DNA of 63,587 bases, filler included, from Rhabdomonas costata (GCA_019059605.1; 34 parts of 34 records of this genome joined end to end with filler, not necessarily neighbours in it); one strand, 5' to 3'; shown: positions 12,533-25,693, counted from the whole stretch's first letter. Program-made: numbers and translations. The notes: generated by a model from the sequence alone, not told the origin.

Positions 12533-14208
12533 CTTTTATTCGGAGAGGGGGGGGGTGGGGTGGATTGGAGCGAGGAGTGAGTAGTGAACAAATCCAAAGG
12601 CCATCCTTGCTGGGAGCTGATCTCGGCGCGGGCAGAGGCAAGAAATATTCTGGACCCTAGATTGATGTGCTCACAGTTAGACTTCGATCATTAAAAGGCG
12701 ACCAATCAAAACCATCGGAACGCGCCATTGGAACATTTTGCACGTGTTGCTTCGCAGGCATTTCTTCAAAGAGAAGGCACTTGTTCTGAAATTCCGTCTG
12801 ACCCTGCCCAGTCTGCCTCGCTAGGCCCTTGGATCCCTGCTTTTGCAGGCGAGCACATGAATCCTCCTCCACGCCCAATCCTCCACAACCAACCATTCCA
12901 GCACACAGACCACATAAAGATGCAAGGCAAGCGCACACCAGAGGTCTCACTGCACCGCTCCAGGGCACGGCGTGCCAGCCGAAGGCAGCCATTTCTGGCT
13001 GCCACGCGGGCCAGCCCCACCCCCCACNNNNNNNNNNNNNNNNNNNNNNNNNNNNNNNNNNNNNNNNNNNNTTAATTAATTAANNNNNNNNNNNNNNNNN
13101 NNNNNNNNNNNNNNNNNNNNNNNNNNNTTACACCGCCAGCAAAATGTTGGAGTACGGGATTGATCCTTTCTGAGATGACAAGGAAGCTGCGCCGTAGACA
13201 TGTCACCGTCTGCTTCTGAGGTGGAGGGCTTTTGTGTGGGGTGCTTTTCCTTCACTGAACGGCCTGGCAAGAAGAGCCTTCTGCTGTCGCGACCGTTTCT
13301 GACCTGTTCAGGCCGTTGTGGAAGGTCCCCGAGTTCCCGGTATCCTCTCTGCCCGGGAGTCACTGCAAACCCAAGTACATTCCATCTTCTGCGCCTTATC
13401 TGACGAAGAGGTGAGCAACGACACTCCCCGTTCTTTTCCCAGTTCCCCAATTTTCTTGAGCTTCTCTCCATGTCTTTTACTGACATGGGTGCAGCCTTCC
13501 CAGACCCCTGGATTCCCCAAATCCAGACGCTCTCACTCGTTTGGTACCCACCATTGGGTGTTGTGTGCTTCATTCCCCGATGGCGTCATCCGCGACCCAC
13601 AAAGCACACACAGATACTTTTTCTTCTCTTGTACTTGTCGATTAGCGCTTTGCTGTTTTGGTGTTGAGCTGCTGCACGCTCACTCCGGCAAATTCGCACA
13701 ACCATAGCTTTTTCCCTTCCCTTACCAAACCTCAAATCCTTTCATGCTCGGAATCGGTCGTCCGTAAGTTCCAAAAAACCGGCAATAAGAATGTTTCGAC
13801 CCAATCAAACCTTTTGGAGGATACGTACAGGTATTGGCCTCGGGTGCTGCGCAAATCGCGACATGCCCCCTTCTTCGAACACCTTGATGAATAATGGGGC
13901 CGACTCCCAAGTATGGGTTTGTCAGGCGGACGTTTGGGGTCGCTGCGGTTTTGAAAATCTTGTTTATGTGTTGTGGCAATACCGATGCATTGTTTTGATG
14001 CGTCTGCTTCCAGTGGCATCGGGTTCTCGTTATTTCGCAAATGCTTGTATGGCAACGGCCCCCAAAAACCACGGAAGGCCAATGTATTGAATTAAACGTC
14101 ATCAAAAATTTACTCTCCCGATCCCTTCAAAAGCTTCTATCGCACTCACTGTGGAGCGGGTTCCCCCCCCCCTTCCCTTCGTTGAGCAACGGAATCTGCG
14201 TAGGATTC

Positions 14209-14461
14209 TAATCGCAAAATTTTCCTCCTCGCTGTGCCCCGCCCTTTGAGTGCGCAATCTTACAAAAAGGGCCTTTATACATGACGCTTTCGACTGAATT
14301 TTTGAAGAAAAAAAATCCCGACGTTTCTACTGAATTTTTTCTGAAATACATTTTCTCTGAAAATGCAATGTCAGAAATATTGTCTGAAAAGTCATATTGT
14401 TTGAAATCAGACACCAAATACCACACATAATCGGCTTGCGCAGGCGTAAAGTTTGCGATTG
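14209..14461. mobile_element. MITE-like element with short terminal inverted repeats and an AT-rich interior
   Basis: aatcgcaaaattt at the left end versus aaagtttgcgatt at the right end; internal duplicated actgaattttt. Confidence 0.4.
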
Positions 14462-15702
14462 TAACTCATAAAGCCTCCGAAAAAATACACGACTGCGTAG
14501 TTCTGAGCTTACGGTGACATGCGCCTTTAGTATATACTATGCATACAGTATGTTATTAACCCAGCAATAGCATAATGACATTGTTTTGCAAGCGAATGAG
14601 GTGGAAAGAAAAGAAAAGAAAACAGGATGCATTTGCATTGGGAAGCAGTCGGGAACAGAAAGGGATCAGCACAGTATCTTTCGATGAAAAGTCTGCAAAG
14701 GGGAGAGGGTGGGGAGGGGAGAACAAAGCAAAATGTTATTTCTATTCTCCGAGCAGCTTCAGTTGTGCTGTACATGTACACGCACGTCGCTGTTGTGTGG
14801 GGAAGATCAGTGCGGGGTGTGGTGAGGAGTCCCCCCCCCGGTGCGCGGTGATCTGCGGCGCAGAGTGTGCCGAGCGCGCCCACTTGGAGTGGCAGGACCC
14901 CNNNNNNNNNNNNNNNNNNNNNNNNNNNNNNNNNNNNNNNNNNNNTTAATTAATTAANNNNNNNNNNNNNNNNNNNNNNNNNNNNNNNNNNNNNNNNNNN
15001 NCTCGTTACTTACCGTTACTGGAATGACTTCAGCTTCAGCTCTGAGCTACATTTTTATCGTTGGGCTTGTCGGCCGTTTGGAGGATGGGATTCATTTGAG
15101 ACAGCCTTTGGGAACGGTTTTTCAAAAAAAAACAAGTTTTGCGATGATGCAATGATGCTCACTCTTCGTCGATGATCCTGTGCTCCATGTTTTTTACCTT
15201 CCCACACCTCCCCTCCCGGAAAACTGATTTTCCAAGTCGCACATTCTTTCCCATTTTTTCTTTTTGAATCTGTACTGAATGAGCGTGTGCTGGGAGAGGA
15301 AGGCTCGGCAACACTCTGTTTTACAATGGACAACCAAACTGCGTGGTAAAGAGCCGGGAGCCGGGAAGTGAGATAAACAATTAGGCTGCGCACTAGCCCC
15401 GGTTATGTGAATCAGATGACAGTTCCATGTTCATGGATGGACTGAATCACTCGCTCGCCGAGCTAACTGCATCGAACCCACAGCTGACATACCAACGCAT
15501 GCCAAGTGAATATTTGACTTATACGTGTTTGATGACGCGAATGCGCGAACACGAACGAAGAAATGATAATGAATGCTGGCGGTGAGATTTAGCAATGTTA
15601 GTCATCCCGATGGACGCGGGCGTCCATTTTCCTCACAGAAATACGAAGAGTGGATGTACTTCGAGAAGGAACCCCGGCACGGAACCACAAAAATGCCCAC
15701 AC

Positions 15703-16422
15703 CGGAAGGCAGGCTGCTGAGGCGGCAGTGGCTGTCTGGGGGCCCCACGGCCATGCGCCCCGGCAGGGCCTCCCGTGGCAAACTTGACGATCAGGGGCTT
15801 CGGGCTTCCCTCCAGGCTGGTGCCGTGCAGCGCCTGCACCGCCGCCTAGGACACACGCGCACACAGGGCGCAGGGCTGAATTCTGCACATCCAACAAGCT
15901 TTTCTAACACAGCCGCACTGGAATGATACGAAGGTGGCCCGGTGCAAATTTGTAGATGCAGCGCTGTTGAAATTCACAGAATAGGAGCAAAATCCTGGTG
16001 TCTTAAGTGCACAAGAGCATGGGCCTCTTGCTAGGGGCCTGCGCCTTCAGTAACTGGGGGGTACAGTCCTGAAGAAGCGCTCTTTCCTGGTGCTTGAACC
16101 GACGTTCCCGCTTTTGTTAAACTGCACGGTTGCCACTGTACCATCCCTATCGGCAATGGGCATTTTCCACCCCCACCATCCTTGGTGGGACCCTCCCACC
16201 TGGGCCTGCTCGGGGCTGCGGAAGTTCACGAACGCCGCGGCGGTGCCGAGGTCCCCCTTGTCGCCAAGAAGCCTCATGGAGGTGACCTCCCCGTAGGCCT
16301 GGAAGAGCGCCCCCACGCTGTCTTCGTTGTACAACGGGGGCAGGTTGCCCACCCACAGGTTGGTTGGGGAGAGGTTATCCGTGGAGCCGGCCTGGGGCTG
16401 CTGCAGCTGCAGCTGCGAGCCA
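15703..16422 (-). CDS. RRM RNA-binding protein (ELAV/CELF-like RRM); exons ~16422-16200 and 15845-15703
   Basis: TNLWVGNLP (RNP2)...AAFVNF (RNP1)...AQ|AAVQALHGTSLEGSPKPLIVKFA. Confidence 0.9.
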
Positions 16423-17597
16423 CTGCAAGGACCACCAATCCACAACGTTGCTGCACCCATATGTTCCTAAAAGCCCTCCAATTCTCAGTCTTTCCTTATT
16501 CTTTCTTTTCTTTTCTATAAGCCTTTCCTTTCCTCTCTTTTTCTGAGAAGCGGATATGCACAGGCGAAGGAGCAGGGTTGTTCACTATCCAGTTGATCGC
16601 CACCGCAATTAAGCGAGAGGCACACGCAAGTCGGGAGGCGAAAAACGGAGTTGAACATACACAGACACATGGTCATAACTAAAGCAGCCCGAGGCATAGT
16701 AACCCACCCCTTGCGTTTCGGATGCATTCACGGAGACAAACGTTCCCTTCGACTTTCCAATATTCCAACCAAACCNNNNNNNNNNNNNNNNNNNNNNNNN
16801 NNNNNNNNNNNNNNNNNNNTTAATTAATTAANNNNNNNNNNNNNNNNNNNNNNNNNNNNNNNNNNNNNNNNNNNNTGTTGGTGTGGGGCGGGGTGCTTCA
16901 AATCCAATCCTGATTTTTGTTTAGATTTCCCTTTTTCTTGGTGGTGCCAGTTTTCTTGGAGGGTTCCTCGTTTGATTCAAAATTCAAGGACACACGAACG
17001 GAAGTTTTCGGACCAAAATGCTAGACAGCGATGAAAAATATACTTGCTCGACGCTGAGCAAGCAAAAGCCATTTTCTCCCTCCGGATTATACATAACCAG
17101 CAAGAAATCGTCATCCGTCATCCGTCATTCGTCTATCATAGACGGGAAATACTTTAATAAATTCAATTGTCCTGAATGTCTTCAGTACCTTGGTCCTCAA
17201 GGTCCACGTGCAAACATCAAGCAGCAAACAGCAAACGGCAAACATACAACATTTCAGGGGAAAGTATGGCTGATAAATCGGAAAAGACTGAGATCTGCTG
17301 AACAAAGAATGGGAGGGAGCGTTCGGCTGTGAAAGGGCGACTGGAATACTGGAATATCAAGCGAAGCATCAACGCCGACCCACGGACCCATTGTTAAGGG
17401 TCCATCATTGCTTCAACGGCCAAACCCAAATCAAAAAGTGCTGTTGTTCATTTTCCTTGTGCTGTTTTTGGGGCGATTTTTCTCTGAGGGTGACACTGGC
17501 TCACACTGAGAACGAATCGTTTTACAACGAATCGTGGCTTGCAAGTTTCATGAACACTCAAGTTATTCACGTTTCCCTGCAATTCCTTTCTTTTCAG

Positions 17598-17956
17598 TTG
17601 AAGAAATACTTCACCTTTGAGGTTCAAGTGCTGGATGACAAGAACGTTCGGCGGCGCTTCCGGGCAAGCAACTACCAGGTTGGCAGGGTTTCCGTTCCCT
17701 TTTCTCTTTGGTGCCACTTTACGGGCGAAGCCACCAGGACACCAGGAGGGTCCGGCTAATGCCAGTGGAAGATCTCCGTCGGGCTTTTTTGATTGTGAAA
17801 TAGCAAGTGGCTCTAAAATTTGGGGGAACGTGTGCGTTTTGCTTCACGACAAGCAACACCTTCACATTCCTTTTTGCTGTTCTTCATTGCTTATTTCTTA
17901 TACTGTTCTTCGAGGCACTGGGGGTGAGTGCACACCTCCGTTTAGTTCTCTTATTG

Positions 17957-18002
<46 letters not shown>

Positions 18003-18254
18003 ATTCAGAGCACAACTCGGGTAAAGCCGTTCATCTGCACCATGCCGATGCGTCTAGACGAGGGCTGGAACCAGATCCAGTTCAACCTCAGCGACTTCAC
18101 ACGCCGTGCCTACGGCACGAACTATATCGAGACGCTGCGGGTGCAGCTGCACGCCAACTGCCGTATCCGCCGCATCTACTTTAGCGACCGGCTGTACTCC
18201 GAGGAGGAGCTTCCACCGGAGTTCAAGCTGTTCCTGCCCGTGGCTAAGGCGTAA
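17598..18254 (+). CDS. CFAP20: Cilia- and flagella-associated protein 20 (BUG22), C-terminal exons 17598-17678 and 18009-18254
   Basis: [104 protein letters not shown] is near-identical to the conserved family. Confidence 0.98.
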
Positions 18255-18774
18255 CGAATCTAAAGTGGCTCTTGACAGCATTAGTTTATGTAGTCTGCCT
18301 GTGGTCGTTTGATCTGTCCCTCGGGGACTGTTTGGCCCCCAAGTTCCTCATGTATGTCCGTGCTTTGAGCCCTGTGTCTGTGCGTGGGTGATTATCTGTT
18401 CCGTTTCTTCCTTCGTGCCTCCCTCTTCTTGACTGCTAGGAAAAGGTTAGCACAGAACTGCAGGCACCAAACGCGAGAGGGAAGAACGGCAGATTAAGAG
18501 TGCTGAGTAGAGAAAGGGTCAGGGCGAGCTTGGGCTAGGAATTTACCCAGCAGAACCTGGGCCCCCCTTTCGTTTTCAGGCGCGCAGAGAGGTCGCAATG
18601 GTGCGTGTTCACAGCTGTTGGTGTTTTTGCAGAATGGCAACCGCCCCCCCCCCCCCCCAACCACACCGAACACANNNNNNNNNNNNNNNNNNNNNNNNNN
18701 NNNNNNNNNNNNNNNNNNTTAATTAATTAANNNNNNNNNNNNNNNNNNNNNNNNNNNNNNNNNNNNNNNNNNNN

Positions 18775-20336
18775 GGTTGGTGGGTGTTGAACGAGCTGAC
18801 CTCGCTCATGGCGGCGTCCCGCGCGGACATCAGGCTCTGGGCGTACCGCCCCACCCGGATCACCCCATGAGGGCTTGCCCCACAGGCCCCACTGGCGGCG
18901 GCCAGGAGATGGTTGGCCTGGCTTGGGGTCAGCCCACTGCTGTTCCCCAGCCACGCCGAGAACGCCGCCTCCGCGGTCTTCCGGGGTGCCTCGCGGCGCT
19001 CGTTCAGCACCCCCACCAGGCACCGCACACAGGACGCGAAGTCAGCCTAAGGGAGGGTTTCGGTTCTGACGGTAAGTGCAATCCAAGCAACACGGGCAGC
19101 AGCAATAGTGGCAGTAACCAGTGGAAACGGTCAGCAAGCTCGAGGTGGTTCCAAACTCTTTCAAAGGATCTGTTGGACCTTAAATCGCCCGCGTCATCTC
19201 AAAAGTAAGAGGTTGGGGGTAGACACACAAAGAAGAGTCCGAAAAGAGGCAAAAAAAAACCTACAGGCCAAAACCAGTTTTCGTCACCACCCCTTCTTAG
19301 CTTCTAAGTCCAAGCAACCTTCTCGTCACCGTCGGTGTCGGCCTGGGCGAAGGCCTTGCGGATCTCGGCCTCGGAGAGCCCCTCCTTCACCGCCACCCCG
19401 GCGAACTCCACGAACCTCAGCCCGGTGTGCCGCGAGTGCCGCGGCGCCATCACCGCCACCAGAAGCTGCAGGTACTCCTGAGCGAGGAAACACGCAGCAG
19501 TGCAAAGCTCAAGAAGGGGATTTCATCGGGTTGCATCTGTCGCGGAGCGAAGACCAATTGTGTTCTCTTGCCCGCGCTGTGAAAAAAGCCACCAAGAAAG
19601 TCACACTTTAGGTAGAGACATCAATGAAAGTCTCTCGGTGACAAGTATGCCAGAACGGTGGGCATTTATGAATTCATCTATGGTTCACCTTTTGGGGTTC
19701 AGCTTGCACACAGGGACCTTTCCCTTCTTTTTGTTCCATCCAAGAAGAAGAGCAACCAACCAAACTTTCCCTCCCTCCCTCCGCATCTCTCCTCTTTCAC
19801 CACTGTCCCCACAGCTATGCTGCATAGAAACCCATCTTACTGTAACCTTTCTAACCTTGGTTGCTGAAAAACGTGAAGCAGGTGACATCGTAAATTAAGA
19901 ACTTGTGGTTGAACTCTTGGTTAAAAGAGGATATCCAAGGCCGAAAGAAGACAGTGCTTGAAAGTCACCGAGAAACTGCATATCGGAATTCGTTACGAAC
20001 TATTCTCTTACTTTTGGGGTGTTACCTGCTTTACCACTGCAGTTTATTTGAACTTGTAAATACAAACGATGAGCGCGATTTTTTTCCTGCTTCACCAAGC
20101 ATATGCACATGCAGCTAAGTATTTCAGAGCAGCTGAGTGTGCTCAAAACTGAGACCTTGAAATCCACGGTGGTGTCGCCGCGACGGTTGACCACAGTGAA
20201 CATCGCGGAGGCTCGGTCCTCGCTCCACCCCTCCGCCATCGCGGTCCGCAGGAATTGCTCCCGGCTGAACACGTCTGTCGTCGCGCCCAGCAGCTGGATC
20301 ACCAGACGGAGAGCCAGCCCCTGGAAGAACCGGCAC
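18775..20336 (-). CDS. EF-hand-containing protein fragment; exons 20336-20156, 19477-19319, 19046-contig end
   Basis: MFTVVNRRGDTTVDFK|EYLQLL and AFAQADTDGDEK|ADFAS are EF-hand-like loops joined in frame across GT-AG introns. Confidence 0.8.
19187..19310. repeat. Dispersed repeat (intronic copy), homologous to 27811-27928
   Basis: Shared gcccgcgtcatctcaaaagta...acaaagaa...aaaac.agt.tt..tcacc.ccc..ttagc.tc. Confidence 0.8.
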
Positions 20337-21123
20337 CTGTTTGTTATTTTTTTTGGAGAGGTGAAAGCGCGTTTTTTTTCTACTGCACCTGGGGGTCAGA
20401 AGGCCTCACGGGGTGAGAAGACTTCGGCCACGGTAAACTGCGCAGTTTCCACAAACCCACAATGCAGGCCCAGCCTGGCAACACCCACAAGTCCTTAGTC
20501 CATTATGTATGGACATACCCACGTCCACATTAATTTGAACAAACCACANNNNNNNNNNNNNNNNNNNNNNNNNNNNNNNNNNNNNNNNNNNNTTAATTAA
20601 TTAANNNNNNNNNNNNNNNNNNNNNNNNNNNNNNNNNNNNNNNNNNNNGTGTGGTTGGTGCACTGTGGAGAAGGCGTAAAGTTAGAGTGAGAACCCAGGA
20701 CCCGGATTACGCGAGGAGTTGTACCAGAAGTGGAACTACTGTAGCGCTGTGAAGGTCATGTACTGTAGGCGATGTTTGCGTTGGACGAAGACGAGTATGG
20801 ACCGTTGTTGGAGGGACCGAGAATACTGAGGTTTATGACGGAAGATGAAGAGCGAAAAGATCGAAGTGCGCATTGTGTGGTGGAAGAAACCCAAGACAGG
20901 AGTCACCGGGGTTTCACCGGAGAGAAGCGCGGAGGCTAGGCACGATCGTGTAGACGATGGCCGTAGAGTGTCTCAGAAGGAGAGGGAAAGCACAAGAGTG
21001 AGGCCGTGAGGAGGGATTTGTCGTCAGAGAACCGTTGGTTCTCTTCCTCCCGAGCAGGGGTGGGTGTCACGGCCCAGATCACGTAGGTGTGACAAGACAG
21101 AGAAGTCATGTAGGTGTGGCTAG

Positions 21124-22152
21124 AGAAGGATGGAGAAGTCCATAAGAGAAAAAGAGTAGCAGTGTCATGAGAGAGAATGGAAGCGAAGGATGCAAGCAAG
21201 GAAGAGTGCAGTGAGGGAAGGCGTGGATTCCAGAGCGGATGAGACCAAGAGAAGACAGCGGATGAGATCAAGAGGTGATGGTAGAGATCAAGAACAAGGC
21301 CGCCGACAGTCAAGGAGATCAAGCAAGCAGAGAGAGAGAGGAGCGATGAAGGAAAACCAGACCGACGAAAAAGGAGTGAGCGCCAGGATCCAGAGAGGTT
21401 GCCCTTTTTCGTATATTACGGAAGTGCAGGTGGGTTTGTTGTGTTTCTGCGCTGGTTTTTGTGGACAATTTGTGAACGTTTGTGTGGGATTGTGGTTGTG
21501 CCGCCGCACCCTTCGGAAAGCCAAAGAGGAAGGAGGTAAGAGGACATTTTGGAGGTAGAGTAGCATTGAAATTGCTACTGGCCCGCAGGCGTCCCATTTC
21601 ACCCCAAGTCACCACTCCGAGTTTGGCGAAGCGAGGCGGTGAGGCAGAAGAACCCCCCCGACAAATTAGTCCCAGAAAGCGGCGAAGTCCGCAGGAGAAG
21701 TGTGAAGCCCCATGTGCGCGAGCAAGCGAGGTTGTAAAGTGGAATGTGGTTTAGTCCCCTTCCGAGTGTTTCGGGTCGAAGCGAAGGCGTTCAAGTCCCC
21801 TTCGAGGTGAGGCAAGGTACGAGAAGCGAAGCGGGCAAGTCGGTCGGGTAGTTTGACGAATTAAGACGAGTTGCGGAGCGAAGGTGGTTAAGTCCCCTTC
21901 GGAGGAGTTTGAGAAGCTACAGAGAGGGTGCGACGGAGTGGCAGGTTGCGACCGAGAGTCGTCGACAAAGAGTCCACAGGCTTGAGCAGCTGCGGGGAGT
22001 GGTTGCGGCCAGGCTCTACCCGGCCCTCGGCGAAAGCGAGGCCAACCCGGGGGAAAGAAAGTCTCCTCACCTAGGTGAGTTGACAGCGCTCACAAAGCGA
22101 AAGCTTTGTCGGAAGGGACCACGGAGGGGAGCGGATCGAGTGGGCTACGCGG
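21124..22152 (+). repeat. ~1-kb dispersed non-coding element, copy A (homologue at 53043-54113, opposite strand)
   Basis: Collinear blocks such as caagaacaaggccgccgacagtcaa, gaattaagacgagttgcggagcgaaggtggttaagt, gcgaaagcgaggccaacccgggggaaagaaagtctcc and gagcggatcgagtgggctacgcg. Confidence 0.93.
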
Positions 22153-24396
22153 GGAAGTCGCAAGAGCCACGTAATTGGTCCGAGCCCGCCGTGCCGTCTG
22201 ACAGCAGGCTGCAATGCATGATCAGCTGGAGCCAGCCGAATCCAGCGGCATTCCACCTCCAGCTGAGACTGCTTTCAGTTGCCAGTAACCAGCTCCGCAC
22301 GCCCCTCTCCTAGAAGTCTACCCCCACTTAGATTGGGCCCTTTTGTGCTTGTGTGCGTCCGCTGCTGCCAATTGCCTTGAACCCTGGCAAACTTTCGATG
22401 TAGGATTTACCCGCGCATACTTCNNNNNNNNNNNNNNNNNNNNNNNNNNNNNNNNNNNNNNNNNNNNTTAATTAATTAANNNNNNNNNNNNNNNNNNNNN
22501 NNNNNNNNNNNNNNNNNNNNNNNTTTTGGGTGGGGGGGTATTCACGATTGTTGCCACCAATTCTCGATCAGTATGCTTGGACCAGTTTTGGCACGAAGTG
22601 CTCTACTCTTATTCGCCGTTTTTCCTAACCCCTCTTCCATTCAGTTGATCTTTCGCTCTCATCTTGGAGCTTTCTTTAGTCTTCTCTTCAACCATCAGAC
22701 AATTGGGTTTTGTTTCAGTGTGTTTCTTTTACAAGCTGTAACCTCTCTCTTTTTCTTCCTCTCATCGTGCTATTGTCCTTCCTCCTCCTCGTGCCCTCTT
22801 GCGCAGGGAACCCGGTCACCCAGCTGGCAGGAAGGCAACTGCTCAACCTGCTTCAAGAGAACCGGTTTGTACCACGCAAAGAGCTCGCCCCTCCCCCCAC
22901 TTCCGGCTTTTCCCAATGGCAATGGGGTTTGGCTTCTTCCGCAACGCTTGTTCCCGAGCCTGGGCAACCCATGCCGTTTGAGCAAACAAAACCAAAGTCT
23001 TCCCATCACACACACCCCCCGATGGTCTGAAGTGGTTTCCCCAATTCTCCATTCTACAAATACGGGTGTCAGCCGTATCCACCACTATCTTCAGCCACAT
23101 CCGAGCTCTGAACTTGGACCAGACCTTCCTCAAGGACACAATGCTTGCCAAGATTAACGCCCAGCTGGATCGCAACAAGGCGGCTGGGGCAGAGAGCTGC
23201 GAGGTGATGTGAGGAGCCCCTCATCCCATTCCCGAGGGTGTAGGGACATTTCTGAGCGCCTAAGCCTCTCCCTCTCTTCATTGTCTTCGTGGCCAGTTGC
23301 ATATGCTCTCCCTCCTCCTCCTCCTCACTCTCCCTCCGCCCTCTCTTCGATGGTCTCGTCACGTGGTCATCAGCCGAATGGTCGACGGCCCTCTTGCTAC
23401 TGAGCCTCTCAGTTGCGTTTTTTGGGCAGCCTTCCTTCCGTCGCCTCGGCTGTGGTGGTGACTTGCGTCCTTTTCTGTGACTGACTGTATGTAAATACTA
23501 CCACCACCCATCCACATACATACTTACATACACACACCTGCATGTGCACGCGTACTCTCGTCTTCCTCTTCCTCTGTCCTTTGTTTTTTTCTGCGCTTGC
23601 TCTTGGGGCATGCCCGTCCGTCGGCTTGTGAGCAAGACCCATTCACCTGCTGATGGAGAGACCGGCAAAGGTGGGTGAGAGAGCTTGCCATCCTCTGTGC
23701 TCTTTCGTTTTTCCTTCCCCCCCCCTTTCTTTCTCTGGTTCGTAGTATTGTTAGGCGTTGTGCGCCAGAGTTACAGTTTGTGAATGTGGACGTGATGCTA
23801 GCATGTTGTTGTTGTTTTCGTTGGATGACTGGTTGATCCGTGGAGGGGGAGGGGAGAGAAAGCTCAAATCCGCGTACGCATCCTGCACGAGCAGCCGGTT
23901 TTTATTGGAATGTTGAGTGGCGTGTGTCCGACGGAAAGATGATGTGCAGACGGTGCTAAGGATTGCTCCACGGAGCAACACACGATTTTCAACGAAGGTG
24001 AATCTTACAAAAGCTTTCAATTGGACACCAGGTGTGGGGCGGTGTCTCGTTGATGCTCTCTCGCTCGCTCTCTCTCTCTCTCTCTCTTCGTGTATTGGTC
24101 CCGTGTGCATCCATCCACAATTCGCCGACGGCAGCCTTTCCCTCCCCTTGACCTATTTGTCGTGGTCGCTACATTTTATCGTTTTCTAGTGAATGGTAAG
24201 TATGAAAAGCAATGTGTGTACTACCGCAAATGACGAGTATGGAGATGAGGGTTCCCTCTTTAACCCGGCTTTTCCAATCCGGCGAACTGGATTCAANNNN
24301 NNNNNNNNNNNNNNNNNNNNNNNNNNNNNNNNNNNNNNNNTTAATTAATTAANNNNNNNNNNNNNNNNNNNNNNNNNNNNNNNNNNNNNNNNNNNN

Positions 24397-25693
24397 TGGT
24401 TGTCCCAGTCGACGTGCTCCAAAGAGGGCGGGGGCATGGACCCGGCGACATGGGGAGTGCTGTCCAGGGGCGCGGGCAGGGCCTGGGCGCACTGCAGCCC
24501 ACAGGAGGGCTCGACGAGCACCGCGGTGCGGCCGGTACGGAGGGCGAAGTGGTGGAGCAGGTGGCGCTCCGCAGGGGAGAGGTCGGAGCAGATCGGGAAG
24601 CGGTTGTTGGCCAGCAGCGCGGCAAGCTGGGAGGGCTCTAGGGGGAGAACCTGGAGGGACAGAAGAGAGGAAGATGACTGAAATGGGGTGAGTGCGAGTG
24701 GTGAGGTGAGGTGAAGAGGAGAAAAATCAGATATGACGGGTTTCACTGCTTGAGCCTTCTGTTGAAAAGATGACGGGCATGCTGCTCAAACTGTTGATGT
24801 TGCTTGTAATCTCAAACGCGTGTTCCAGCGCATCATAATGAAATCAGCGGTACCCGATAGCTCGGTTGAATGGCGGGATATGAGTGTTCCCATAGTTCCC
24901 ATAGACACCACTGGGACCACCGCACTGCAGGTGGTGTGAGACACCCACCCTCTCCTTAACACTTCCCTCTTTTCTTTCCGAAACGTCACACACGGGAAAC
25001 CGCGGATTTCCATATGCCGCACGAGCCGCGCTGCGCAAGGTGCACAGCACACTCTCAGCATAAAGCCCCCGCGGCCTCCGCATTTGCGAAAATACGAAGG
25101 GAAGGAAGTTGGAAAGTAAAGGACTTCAACTGGACATAGAGGAGCCCAGAGGACGTGACGGTGAGCAGTGTAGGATACTGTAAGGTGGATGGGCGGGGGA
25201 TTGGGTAACCTCCATTGTATAGTTCTTTGTGTGTGTGGGAGGATAAAAACACGCCGCATATGACGTGACCTGAACAATTGCTGTCGCGTGCAGGTTTCTG
25301 CGTCTGCTGATGGTGCGCCTCTTTGCTCTCTTTTTTTCTCCTCGCCTCGCGTGTGCGCTTTGAGTGATTTGAGTGAGACTAAAGACCACCGAACACTGAA
25401 AAACAAGTGCTCGTTGCAATCACTGACACGGCTAAGCTCGCCTCTGCTCCTTCATGGCAGGAGTATACCTCGCCCTTCTGGTAGTCCCCCAAGCAGCGCC
25501 TCCAGAACGCCGCCGTCAGCAGCTCCTCGTGAGCCTCGCAGTGAAGGGCGTGGTCCATGACCTCTTCCGCGGAAGCCTCGTGGGTGGGCAAGCCCTCGCA
25601 AGTGGTGTGGTGGTCGTGGGCCTGCTTGAACCGCTCTCCGTAGCTCCACAGCAGCCCCAGGTTTAGCCGCCGCGCCGCAGCGTAGCTCCAGAC
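24397..25693 (-). CDS. Hypothetical protein fragment; exons 25693-25469 and 24650-contig end
   Basis: Two GC-rich coding-like exons joined in phase 0 by a GT-AG intron (…LGDYQKGE|VLPLEPSQLAALL…); family not recognised. Confidence 0.65.

Noticed and set aside
22524..23420. Possible retroelement ORF1/gag remnant on the minus strand
   Set aside because: Frames are broken and no zinc knuckle, APE or RT motif can be supported.
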